Made by a program: the position numbers and the translations under genes
Virus record (IMG/VR): IMGVR_UViG_3300022220_000004
Span: 770-64,769 of that record
Reading direction: 5' to 3' (one strand)
DNA length: 64,000 bases
Origin: a virus
Lineage: Duplodnaviria > Caudoviricetes
Notes under the pieces: model-generated
What the model saw: only the letters and a program-made list of their open reading frames with translations
Told to the model about the DNA's origin: nothing
Databases searched by the model: none
Shown: positions 9,772 through 18,472 of the stretch, piece after piece
Layout: each line of letters begins with the position of its first letter
Numbering within the stretch: the stretch's first letter is position 1

Positions 9772-10496
9772 ATCTTGTCTACCTCCGCATCCAACACCCA
9801 ACCAGTCTTCTTGATTGGCTTGCCGTCATCGTCGTAGTGCGTCCATCGCGCCCACCCCGCATCGATCAGGGCGTCCCGGTAGTTCATGTACCGCTTCCTG
9901 CCCAACAACGGTTCCCATTGCCGGCCCACTGTCCCGATCTCTGCAGCCACCCTTACGAACCACTGGAATGTGTTTTCACCAGCGACAAATGGGTACCGCA
10001 ACCCCACTTCCCGAACCGTGAGAAGTTCCGGCCCGGCCTCTTCCCCTTCCTCTGGTTCCTCTCTCACCCTCTGGTTGACCTTGCCAGAGATCCCCCTTGG
10101 CGACTGCTGGCGGCGCCCCTTGATAATGGGCCTGTCGCCTATTCGCCCACTCCGATCCAGATCCCTGTTGGTTAGCGTCTCGAACGCCGCCCATAACAAG
10201 CTCCAGACCGCCACAGTCCCGATGAGGTAGGTGAGTGCGGCAGTGATCAGAAAGGTGAGGAACCACAACGCAGTCAAGGGCACATCCCAGTCTTTCAGGA
10301 TGGCCACTGTCCACAGGATGCAGGCGATGATGACCCCCCAGGTCATGGCGTGAGCTACGGGCACCAGGTAGTCGGAAACTAACCCAGGCGCCCTTGTGGG
10401 AGCCTTCACTGTGTGGGTGTCGTACTGCTGGTGTCGCCTGTACGCATCCAGGATGTCTGCCGTGCTACGATCCAGCTTTCGACGCCGCCTGAACAT
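9747..10496 (-). CDS. membrane protein
   Basis: two to three TM helices then a soluble domain; SD GGAGGGG. Confidence 0.6.
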   Translation of the reverse strand: MFRRRRKLDRSTADILDAYRRHQQYDTHTVKAPTRAPGLVSDYLVPVAHAMTWGVIIACILWTVAILKDWDVPLTALWFLTFLITAALTYLIGTVAVWSLLWAAFETLTNRDLDRSGRIGDRPIIKGRRQQSPRGISGKVNQRVREEPEEGEEAGPELLTVREVGLRYPFVAGENTFQWFVRVAAEIGTVGRQWEPLLGRKRYMNYRDALIDAGWARWTHYDDDGKPIKKTGWVLDAEVDKICREISNL

Positions 10497-10505
10497 AGCC
10501 CCCTC

Positions 10506-10934
10506 CTAGTTCAGCAGGGTATTCATGGACTTGACCCACTGTTCCACTGTGTTGTCAGCGCCCACCGGGACGTACACGGCCGCATCCTGTCCATAGTGGG
10601 TGATCAGCCCTGGCAGGCCAGTAGAAGAGATCTGTAGGTAAAATGCCGTCGCAGTGCGCCGCAACTCAGTCTGCGAAACCCGCCGGGGATGTTCTGGTAT
10701 CGGCGTATCCCCCCTCCGCCCTACTGCATGATTGGCCACATTCAGAGACTTGACCACTTGGGCGATCCTGGTTCGCATCGCACCCTCATCCGTCAAGTCC
10801 CGAGCCGGCCAGATCAGCATTAGTGGTCTGCCGTGGCGCCTGACCACATACACAACTTCCGGGTTTGGCTGCGTAAGCTCTCCGAGAATGAAACGTAGCT
10901 CAGAAGCCGACACATCTACCGCCTGTTTGATCAT
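10506..10934 (-). CDS. tandem Phd/YefM-like DNA-binding regulator (start reassigned to MIKQAV)
   Basis: two copies of the Phd pattern: VSASELR...VYVVRRHGRP and VSQTELRR...LITHYGQDAAV; SD GGAGG. Confidence 0.6.
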   Translation of the reverse strand: MIKQAVDVSASELRFILGELTQPNPEVVYVVRRHGRPLMLIWPARDLTDEGAMRTRIAQVVKSLNVANHAVGRRGDTPIPEHPRRVSQTELRRTATAFYLQISSTGLPGLITHYGQDAAVYVPVGADNTVEQWVKSMNTLLN

Positions 10935-10961
10935 TGGCGTACCTCCTATCATAGTGCGCCA

Positions 10962-10990
10962 ATTGTACCAAATATGTCCCGATGTGTCAA
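10962..10990 (-). promoter_or_regulatory. sigma70-type promoter for the left-arm operon
   Basis: TTGACA-N17-TACAAT on the minus strand. Confidence 0.75.
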
Positions 10991-11008
10991 ATTGCGACAT
11001 GGACGTAT

Positions 11009-11037
11009 TTGACAATCCATCAGCTTTGGTATAAAAT
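11009..11037 (+). promoter_or_regulatory. sigma70-type promoter for the packaging operon
   Basis: TTGACA-N17-TAAAAT; near-copy at 21936. Confidence 0.75.
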
Positions 11038-11055
11038 ACCAGCGAGAGGGTTAGC

Positions 11056-11868
11056 ATGACAGATTTTGACAACGGCCAGGATCTCTTTGACCTTGACGAT
11101 GATGAGGAACTTGCCCCAGGCGCCCTCCCCCACAGGAAGTGGGTGCCGTCTGATTGGACCCGATGGGGCAGGAGGCCAGAGGCGTCAGATCCGCTCATTG
11201 TCCCGTTCTCCTGGGTCACTGAGGAAGTGTCAGCCGCACTTGATCGTATCACCACCGGGGAAATAGCCAAGCGGCGAAGAACGCTGCTAAAGATGGCGGA
11301 CGCCGTAGCCTCCACCAACCGTGAGATCACTGCCGTCCTCCAGGACGAAGATACGGTTGGGCACTCCGCCTGGTACCAGAGGATGAAGCCAGACCCGATC
11401 ATCCAGGAGGTCTATCAGCTTTGCTTACAAACCGCAAGGCACTGGTATGACCAGCTGGAAGGCCAGAGGATGATGAAACGGGCCAACGTGGTAGAGGAAT
11501 CCCACGACAAACTGATTGACCTGACCGGCGTTGCGATCCAGGTGATGGCCGACATGCTATCAAGTCCTGAGACGGCCGATACTGTACGCCGGCAACTTGT
11601 GGTGGATGTCCTGGACCGGGCTGCGGAAGAGACGGCTACCAAGTCTACTCATACGGTCAAGGCTGGCCAGCAGACCATGCGAGAACTTGCCAACCAGCGC
11701 CGTCGGGACAAGCCAGATCGCAGCCTGGCCACAGGTGGCATGCCGGCAGTGGAAGCCGCCGGCGGCGCCAGGCTGATAGTTGGTGGCGCCACGCTTGCGG
11801 AACTTGGGGACGATGAGGCAGTGGAAGCAGAGGTAGTGATAGAGGACGATGGAACAGTGGGAGAGTGA
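11056..11868 (+). CDS. putative terminase small subunit
   Basis: position directly upstream of and overlapping TerL; helical protein with acidic termini. Confidence 0.55.
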   Translation: MTDFDNGQDLFDLDDDEELAPGALPHRKWVPSDWTRWGRRPEASDPLIVPFSWVTEEVSAALDRITTGEIAKRRRTLLKMADAVASTNREITAVLQDEDTVGHSAWYQRMKPDPIIQEVYQLCLQTARHWYDQLEGQRMMKRANVVEESHDKLIDLTGVAIQVMADMLSSPETADTVRRQLVVDVLDRAAEETATKSTHTVKAGQQTMRELANQRRRDKPDRSLATGGMPAVEAAGGARLIVGGATLAELGDDEAVEAEVVIEDDGTVGE

Positions 11869-13606
11869 TCTTCTCGACCTACATCTGAATATGTGGTACG
11901 ACTCCGATGCCGTGGAGGCGATCTACGACTCTGAAACGCCGGCCAGGGAAGTGGCGGCAATGATGTCGCAGACTGACAGCGCCTTCTTCCTAAAGTACTA
12001 CTTTCCCCACTACTTTTCCGAGCCGTGGGCACTTTGCCACTGGGATCTTGTGGACGAGATGCAGAAGGCGATCACTAACGACTACCCCGACCGCCTGGCG
12101 CAAAGCCTTCCCCGTGGCTTCGGCAAGTCTACCATTGTTTGCGTGGGCTTTACCCTCTGGTGTATTGTGGGACAGGCGCCACTAGGCGTGATGGGCGCCG
12201 CCAGGAGGGCGCTCAAAGAGTACATCATCCTCACCAAAGATAGCTTTGACCAGGCCAAGCTAGAGTTGGCGGCTATCAAATATGAGATAGAGTCAAACGA
12301 CAAGCTGCGGGATGACTGGGGTGACTTTATGGGCCAGCCATGGGGCGCCGCCGAGATCGTCACGTCCAACGGCGTGCGCATCGACGCCCTTGGCACAGGC
12401 CAGAAGATCCGTGGCCGGCGGCACTTTGCCAGGCGTCCCGAGTTGGTGATCCTGGATGACCTGGAGAATGACAAGACCGTGAGGTCCCCTGCCCAACGCA
12501 TGAAGGTCAAAGAGTGGGTGACTAGGGCTGTAGAGAAGGCTGGCGATCCCAAGACGTGCGACTATATCTTTATTGGGACTCACCTGCACTATGATTGTAC
12601 GCAGGCTTGGATGGTGACCAGGCCAGGTGTCAGAGCCAGGGTATACAGGGCACTGCTGGAGCACTCAGAAAGGCAGGACCTGTGGGATGAGTGGCGCAAG
12701 CTACTCTTTGACCTTTTTGATCCAGACCGGGAGACTACAGCCCGGAACTTCTACGAGTCCAACTTGACGGAAATGATGGCCGGCGTGAAAGTCTCCTGGC
12801 CTGACAGGTTCGACTATTACACCCTACAGCTAATGCTTGCCGGCGAGCAAGCGGACGCACAGGGACGCACGATCCGATCATTCTCTGCCGAGATGCAGAA
12901 CGAGCCAATTGACGACGATGACCGACTGTTCAAGACCTTCCATTACTGGCACTGGGAGAGAGAACATTCGTTCTCGTACCTTGTACCGGACGACAGCGGC
13001 CACAGGGTGAACCTGCAAAGCTGCCGGCTATTCGGAGCCTGTGACCCATCCCTTGGTGAGACTCAGAGCGGCGCCTACACTGCCATCGTGGACATTCTGG
13101 TGGCGCCAAACAACATGATGTTTGTAGCCCACGCCAATGTTGAGCGCCGGCATCCAGATCGGGTGATTGACTACATCGGGACCCGCATGAAGTACTGGCT
13201 GGACCGTGGCAAGACATACTCAGCGTTCGGCATCGAGACTGTACAGTTTCAGAAGCTGTTTGCGTCTCGCACCGGCCAGGACCTGCTGAGCGCAGGCTTG
13301 CGCTTGCCCATCGTGGAGGTCAAGAGTACGGCGAACAAGAACGCCAGGATTGACAGCTTGCAGCCGGACTTGACCAATGGGTACTTGCGCCTATTCAAGG
13401 CACAGTCAGAGGCCACGCCTGGCGACCAGGCCAGGCTGTATGACCAGCTGTGGCAGTACCCGATGGGCGACTACGTTGACGGACCAGACGCCTTGGAGAT
13501 GGCCAGGACCCTGGCAGCGCCTGGCGGGCCACCGATAGCGGCGCCGGCACCAAAGGCAGAGATGGCCTGGGGCGGGCTATCGGTCGGTAAGGACCCATTC
13601 AGCTAA
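11849..13606 (+). CDS. terL: terminase large subunit
   Basis: Walker A PRGFGKST, Walker B LVILDDLE, nuclease motifs DPS and DGPDALE. Confidence 0.92.
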   Translation: MEQWESDLLDLHLNMWYDSDAVEAIYDSETPAREVAAMMSQTDSAFFLKYYFPHYFSEPWALCHWDLVDEMQKAITNDYPDRLAQSLPRGFGKSTIVCVGFTLWCIVGQAPLGVMGAARRALKEYIILTKDSFDQAKLELAAIKYEIESNDKLRDDWGDFMGQPWGAAEIVTSNGVRIDALGTGQKIRGRRHFARRPELVILDDLENDKTVRSPAQRMKVKEWVTRAVEKAGDPKTCDYIFIGTHLHYDCTQAWMVTRPGVRARVYRALLEHSERQDLWDEWRKLLFDLFDPDRETTARNFYESNLTEMMAGVKVSWPDRFDYYTLQLMLAGEQADAQGRTIRSFSAEMQNEPIDDDDRLFKTFHYWHWEREHSFSYLVPDDSGHRVNLQSCRLFGACDPSLGETQSGAYTAIVDILVAPNNMMFVAHANVERRHPDRVIDYIGTRMKYWLDRGKTYSAFGIETVQFQKLFASRTGQDLLSAGLRLPIVEVKSTANKNARIDSLQPDLTNGYLRLFKAQSEATPGDQARLYDQLWQYPMGDYVDGPDALEMARTLAAPGGPPIAAPAPKAEMAWGGLSVGKDPFS

Positions 13607-13621
13607 AGTGGAGGCCACCGT

Positions 13622-15697
13622 ATGGCAAAGGTAAGACAGAATGTTCTGGTGGAAAAGGGATGGACTGGCCTAAAGTTCATGTCTGGCCAGATCCAGGAAG
13701 ACCCGAACAGCCTACTGCAGGGGCGCCAGGGTGCAGAAGAGTACAACACGATGCGCTACACAGATCCCACGGTGGCCGGCGTCCTTCTGGCCCTCTCCCT
13801 CCCCATTCGTGAGGCCCAGTGGCAAGTCAACCCGGCAAGCGACTCTGAGGCAGACCAGGAAGCTGCGGAGTTCGTAGAATCCTGCCTGCACGACATGAGT
13901 TCATCGCTGGATGATGTTCTGACCGAGGCGTCCACCATGTTCTGCTTTGGGTGGGCCTATATGGAATGGGTGCTAAAGCGCCGCCTTGGCCGAAAACCTG
14001 GGGGAAAGCGGGCATCATCTGCCCACGACGACGGCCGCATAGGATTCAGGAAAATCACACTGCGGAAACAGACCAGTCTGTGGGAGTGGGAACTTGACGA
14101 AACTGGCGGGATCTTGGGGATGTGGCAGCAGCGCATGATGAAGCCACCAGTGTACATCCCCATCGAGAAGGCCCTGCTGTTCAGGACGACACGGGAGGGG
14201 AACAATCCAGAAGGGCTTTCGATCCTCAGGCCGGCTTACCGGGACTGGACGTACAAGAAAGAGATTGAGCGCATCGAGGCCATTGGCCTGCAGCGAGCAC
14301 TTATGGGCGTTCCCGTTGTCACCCTTGGCCAGGGTGCCTCTGGCGACATCACCGATCCCAACGATAGCCACGAGGCCAGGGCCAGGCAGATCCTCTCCAG
14401 CCTGCACAAGAATGACACCGTTGGCATCCTTGAAGAGGGTGAAGCGCTCACCTTCCGGTTCGAGACTCCAGAGATGACCGGCGTCACCGGTGACTCAGAC
14501 CGGGTGATCCAGCGCAAGGATGAAGGCATTGCCAGATCTGCCCTGGCCAGTTGGCTACTGCTTGGCACGAGAGAGAAAGGTTCCTACGCACTGGCGCGGG
14601 AATTGGGTGACATGTTCTTCATCGCCGTGGAAGGCTACCTACAGACCATTAGCGAGGTCTTCACCCGATGGGCAGTGCCTACCCTGTTCAGCTACAACGC
14701 CTTCCCTGGTATCACCGGTTACCCCGAGATCACCACGTCAATCAACCGCCGGGTGGACCTAGAGGCCATATCGGCCGTCGTCAATGACCTTGTGGGTGGC
14801 CTGGTCCTCACCCCTGACATCGCGCTTGAGCAGCACATGCGTGAACTGGCCGGCCTACCCCGCCGGGCAGTGGAAGTGGAGGGAGATGAGCCGGTAACGC
14901 CGGCGCCGTCCGATGAGGGCGAAGACGTGATCGCCGGGCCGCACGTGGAAGAGAAAGAGAGTTCTGCCACACCGCCGGCCGAGAAGTTTGCCAGCCGCCC
15001 CACCCTGGACCGTTACACTTCTGCCACAGATGAGTACAAAGCTGCCCTGGTGGCGGAGTTCGAGGCGTGGGCAGATAGCACGGCCGGTGATTTTGCCACA
15101 GTGGCACCAGAGGACGTGGGCAGCTGGTACGCCGACAACTGGCCGACCAAGGTCACCATACTCGTGGGCCTACTAAAGGCCCTGGCCTGGTCATGGCTAC
15201 CACTTGGCTATGAGCTTGGTTTCAAAAGTTCAGCGATCCCACCAGAGCAGCGCAGGGAGATAGAGTACGAGATGGCTCAGAACGACGGCTGGATGGACGC
15301 CAGCCTGGCCACGGCGATCCAGGGCCAGGTCCACCTGCCAAGCCTGGTGGAGATCTCTCACATGGTAGAGGCAGAGCGTCGGGAAGCGTTCAAGGCCCTG
15401 GTTGTGGGCAGGCGTGGGCACGTGGGACTGTACGCCGGCGCCTTCTGGCGCACTATATGGGTTGGCGCCATTGCCTACTACCTGCTGCGTGGCGAGGATC
15501 ACCAGATCCGGTGGGTGACCGACGTGACGGCAAAGCACTGCCCTGACTGCCTACTCTTTGGCGACGTGACTTACCAGAACTACAACACACTCATGCGCCA
15601 CACGGGTGGGATTCTCCCTGGAAACGGCACCACGTGCGACGGCAACTGTAGATGTCACCTGGCCAGAGATGACGGCGGGACACTTATTGTGTTATAA
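13622..15697 (+). CDS. portal protein (Mu gp29/DUF935-like) fused to a C-terminal MuF/SPP1 gp7-like minor head domain
   Basis: NPEGLSILRPAY and GSYALA portal motifs; acidic linker; C-terminal HCPDC...TCDGNCRC. Confidence 0.85.
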   Translation: MAKVRQNVLVEKGWTGLKFMSGQIQEDPNSLLQGRQGAEEYNTMRYTDPTVAGVLLALSLPIREAQWQVNPASDSEADQEAAEFVESCLHDMSSSLDDVLTEASTMFCFGWAYMEWVLKRRLGRKPGGKRASSAHDDGRIGFRKITLRKQTSLWEWELDETGGILGMWQQRMMKPPVYIPIEKALLFRTTREGNNPEGLSILRPAYRDWTYKKEIERIEAIGLQRALMGVPVVTLGQGASGDITDPNDSHEARARQILSSLHKNDTVGILEEGEALTFRFETPEMTGVTGDSDRVIQRKDEGIARSALASWLLLGTREKGSYALARELGDMFFIAVEGYLQTISEVFTRWAVPTLFSYNAFPGITGYPEITTSINRRVDLEAISAVVNDLVGGLVLTPDIALEQHMRELAGLPRRAVEVEGDEPVTPAPSDEGEDVIAGPHVEEKESSATPPAEKFASRPTLDRYTSATDEYKAALVAEFEAWADSTAGDFATVAPEDVGSWYADNWPTKVTILVGLLKALAWSWLPLGYELGFKSSAIPPEQRREIEYEMAQNDGWMDASLATAIQGQVHLPSLVEISHMVEAERREAFKALVVGRRGHVGLYAGAFWRTIWVGAIAYYLLRGEDHQIRWVTDVTAKHCPDCLLFGDVTYQNYNTLMRHTGGILPGNGTTCDGNCRCHLARDDGGTLIVL

Positions 15698-15721
15698 TAG
15701 AGCAGCAGAAAGGAGAGTGCC

Positions 15722-16192
15722 ATGAACGCACCGATTAAGGGAAGTGGGATAGTTGAGCTTGTCGGCATCAATGATCAGGTGGACCAGAACGATTTTGGCG
15801 CCAGTGTTGCTGTCACCCTGGTTCCACTGGTCCAGGCGAGCGGAGAGATTGTCCAGTGGGGACTTTTCAGCACTGAGGATGGGACCGGCGCTGTACAGAC
15901 TCCAGCCGGGACGTTGCTGGTCTTCTCTGCCGATCCGGCCATCACAGCAGGGGACACAACGATCACGGCAGCGGAGCGCCTGACCCTGATCGGCCAGATC
16001 GCAGTAGCGGCCGCAAACTGGAAGGCGGACGCCAACGGGGCCAGCGTTTTTGTCCATGACCAGCCGCTGATCTTCCCCCCGCTGAGCACGCTATACCTGG
16101 CCTGGCTTCATGAAGACGCTACTTCCTTCAATGACGGCGCTGGTGACGATGAGCAGCTAGAAGTAGCCTTTTGGTATCGGAGAGATAGTTAG
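15722..16192 (+). CDS. putative virion structural protein
   Basis: beta-rich composition; SD AGGAG. Confidence 0.5.
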   Translation: MNAPIKGSGIVELVGINDQVDQNDFGASVAVTLVPLVQASGEIVQWGLFSTEDGTGAVQTPAGTLLVFSADPAITAGDTTITAAERLTLIGQIAVAAANWKADANGASVFVHDQPLIFPPLSTLYLAWLHEDATSFNDGAGDDEQLEVAFWYRRDS

Positions 16193-16218
16193 CGGTTCTA
16201 ACCATTACCCCTGGAGGT

Positions 16219-16476
16219 ATGACGATGAATCAAGAGACATTGGACAAGGTGCAGCTGAAAGAGTCTGCACTGAACCTACTGGACGCTGCGGCCGGCGAGT
16301 CCTCATGGAACAACATGCAGGAGCAGTACCCTGCCTTGGCTACGAGGCTTGAGCAGGCAATCCGCGCCGGCGTTAGCAGCGACGAGATCTTTAGGCGCCT
16401 ACGGGCCAACCATGGCGCGGAGTTCTGCAAGTGGTGCAGGACTGTAGCACGGTACCTGGAGAGCGTGGTTTCATGA
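16219..16476 (+). CDS. hypothetical protein
   Basis: SD GGAGG. Confidence 0.55.
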   Translation: MTMNQETLDKVQLKESALNLLDAAAGESSWNNMQEQYPALATRLEQAIRAGVSSDEIFRRLRANHGAEFCKWCRTVARYLESVVS

Positions 16477-16479
16477 CCT

Positions 16480-16737
16480 ATGGATTCTCCCGACTGGCAC
16501 GCAGTGCTGCGTGCAAGGGTGGACGCATTGCAGGAGCCATTCAGGGCGTTTGGCATAAGGCAGTGCGAAGAAGCGTTGAACACTTTTCGCGCCTTTCCCG
16601 CGCACGGCATGGTGATTTCATGGGAATTGGCGGAGATCGTGGAGTCGCTGGAGTACAGCGATTCACAGATCCTGGCGATGTCACATGGACATCGGCGGGA
16701 GGCACTGGCGCAGGCCGGCTGGTGGCTGTATATTTAG
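16480..16737 (+). CDS. hypothetical protein
   Basis: coupled ORF. Confidence 0.45.
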   Translation: MDSPDWHAVLRARVDALQEPFRAFGIRQCEEALNTFRAFPAHGMVISWELAEIVESLEYSDSQILAMSHGHRREALAQAGWWLYI

Positions 16738-16828
16738 GGGACGATGCGGACGAAACGGGCCTCCCACAGGCTGTCTGGTTCTTCCGCAACGGAAAACGGT
16801 AGTGCACATCAGAAGAGGGGGTTAGCAC

Positions 16829-17293
16829 ATGGCTGGTTTTACGAACAGAGGGTTGTACCTCATGTTGGGATGGGTGTTTCGCGGAGACACCATCCCTACC
16901 AATTTCTATGTTGGGCTAGTCACCAGCGCAACGGCGCCAGGCGATGACATCAACACGTTTAGTGAACTCACCGAGATCGCAGCCGGCAACGGGTACACCA
17001 CTGGTGGGTACCAGTTGACCCCCGGCGCTACAGATTTCGATGTTCACTCAGAGGACGACACCAGCAACTATGCGTATGTCCAGATCAAAGACGTGGTGTG
17101 GACGGCAAGTGGCGGCTCGATCCCTGGTTCAGGCAACGGTGCCCGCTACGCCGTCTTGCTGGACGACAACGGCACGGTTGCCAACCGCCAGGTGATCGCC
17201 TGGTGGGATCTCACAAGTGATCGCACCGTGTCTGTTGGCCAGGCGTTGACCCTGGAAGATCTAGAGTCGCAGTTACGCCAAGCAGCGCCGTAA
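16829..17293 (+). CDS. virion structural / tail-fibre-associated protein
   Basis: TEIAAGNGYTTGG...WTASGGSI...ARYAVL pattern typical of small phage fibre-like proteins. Confidence 0.65.
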   Translation: MAGFTNRGLYLMLGWVFRGDTIPTNFYVGLVTSATAPGDDINTFSELTEIAAGNGYTTGGYQLTPGATDFDVHSEDDTSNYAYVQIKDVVWTASGGSIPGSGNGARYAVLLDDNGTVANRQVIAWWDLTSDRTVSVGQALTLEDLESQLRQAAP

Positions 17294-17319
17294 CCCAGTA
17301 CGGCGTTTGTCTTCCTTCC

Positions 17320-17362
17320 TCCTATTGGTCCGGGGATCGTGTGAGGGGCACGATCCCCGGCC
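17320..17362 (+). terminator. strong intergenic hairpin
   Basis: CCGGGGATCGTG-N7-CACGATCCCCGG; no U tract, so the function is uncertain. Confidence 0.4.
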
Positions 17363-17407
17363 AGGGAGGGTATCTATGGTGCACCACAAGACGGAGGTTG
17401 ATCGCCC

Positions 17408-18007
17408 GTGGCCACTCTGACTCTGACGTACCCCTTTGCCACAACGGTGGAGGGGTGGGCGGATATGAACACCACAGCCACCAGGGAGTATGACGCCTCT
17501 TACGGCAACCCTTCTGGCTCGCTGAAAGAACGCCTGCAGGGCCGCAACAAGACGGATACTGGCGGCTGGCGACTGGAAGGGACCTGGGAAGACCTGGGGG
17601 TCCCCTCTGGCGCTACAGTAACCCATATCCGCCTGGAGGGGTGCGACTATCGCTGTACAGAGTACAGCGCCGTAGACTCTGCCACAGACCTAATCGTCAA
17701 GCTACAAAATAGCATCTACGTCGATCAGGCCACTATGCACAGTGGCGTGTCCATCACTGCCGCTCACGGATCGTGGCAAAGTCTTGGGGCGCAGTCTGAC
17801 CAAGCGGTGCCAGCCGGGCTACAGGCCAGCACCAGTTCGATCTGCATCTTCACCGGGGTCAACTTAGACCTGGCCAATGATGGCGGCGCAGCCATCACCC
17901 TCTATGATGACAATGTAGAGATCGTCATCACCTATGAAACCGCATCGTCTTTTCCGCCAGTGCCAGACGCACAGCGCTTGCGAAGGACGCCACTTATCAG
18001 GATGTAG
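17408..18007 (+). CDS. putative virion protein (jelly-roll-like)
   Basis: SD GGAGG; beta-rich, Thr/Ser/Gly-rich. Confidence 0.55.
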   Translation: MATLTLTYPFATTVEGWADMNTTATREYDASYGNPSGSLKERLQGRNKTDTGGWRLEGTWEDLGVPSGATVTHIRLEGCDYRCTEYSAVDSATDLIVKLQNSIYVDQATMHSGVSITAAHGSWQSLGAQSDQAVPAGLQASTSSICIFTGVNLDLANDGGAAITLYDDNVEIVITYETASSFPPVPDAQRLRRTPLIRM

Positions 18008-18016
18008 GAGGCAACC

Positions 18017-18469
18017 ATGGGTAGAATGTACGTGGGAGTGTTCGAGCAGGTATCCGTCAGTGCGATCCAGGACCTGTTTGAACTGAACGCGCCCGCCGAC
18101 GCTGCGGTGATCGTTCACCGGATCTTGATCACTCAGAGTGCAGGGGAGACATCGGAGCAATTACCGATCTTGATTCACAGGGCCAGCACGTCCGGCTCTG
18201 GCGGCACCACCCCCACAGCCTCCCCACTGGAGGTAGGATCGCCGGCATTCGGCGGAACAGTGGAGGCCAATAACACTTCTCAGGGGACCGAGGGAACTTT
18301 CATTCATGCCGAGGGGTTCAACGTGCTGAATGGGTTCGACTTCCATCCTACGCCAGAGTGCCGACCTGTGATCTCGCCAAGCGGCAGGCTAGTCGTGGAA
18401 TTGCAGGCTGCGCCCGCAGCCGCCCTGACGATGAACGGCATCATACTCTTTGAGGAAGTGGGCGGCTAA
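18017..18469 (+). CDS. putative virion structural protein
   Basis: SD GGAGG; SGSGGTTPT motif, FEE C-terminus. Confidence 0.55.
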   Translation: MGRMYVGVFEQVSVSAIQDLFELNAPADAAVIVHRILITQSAGETSEQLPILIHRASTSGSGGTTPTASPLEVGSPAFGGTVEANNTSQGTEGTFIHAEGFNVLNGFDFHPTPECRPVISPSGRLVVELQAAPAAALTMNGIILFEEVGG

Positions 18470-18472
18470 ACA

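Noticed and set aside
24-10637. Numerous plus-strand ORFs in the left arm (and antisense ORFs elsewhere)
   Set aside because: They are shadow frames of tightly tiled, SD-led genes on the opposite strand in GC-rich DNA.
10935-11402. N-terminal half of the 298-aa minus-strand ORF in the track
   Set aside because: It overlaps the promoters and the terminase small subunit gene; the start with an SD is at 10934.
15670-15698. Promoter at the portal stop (TGTTATAAT)
   Set aside because: A good extended -10 but a poor -35, and it coincides with coding sequence and tandem stops; not enough support.
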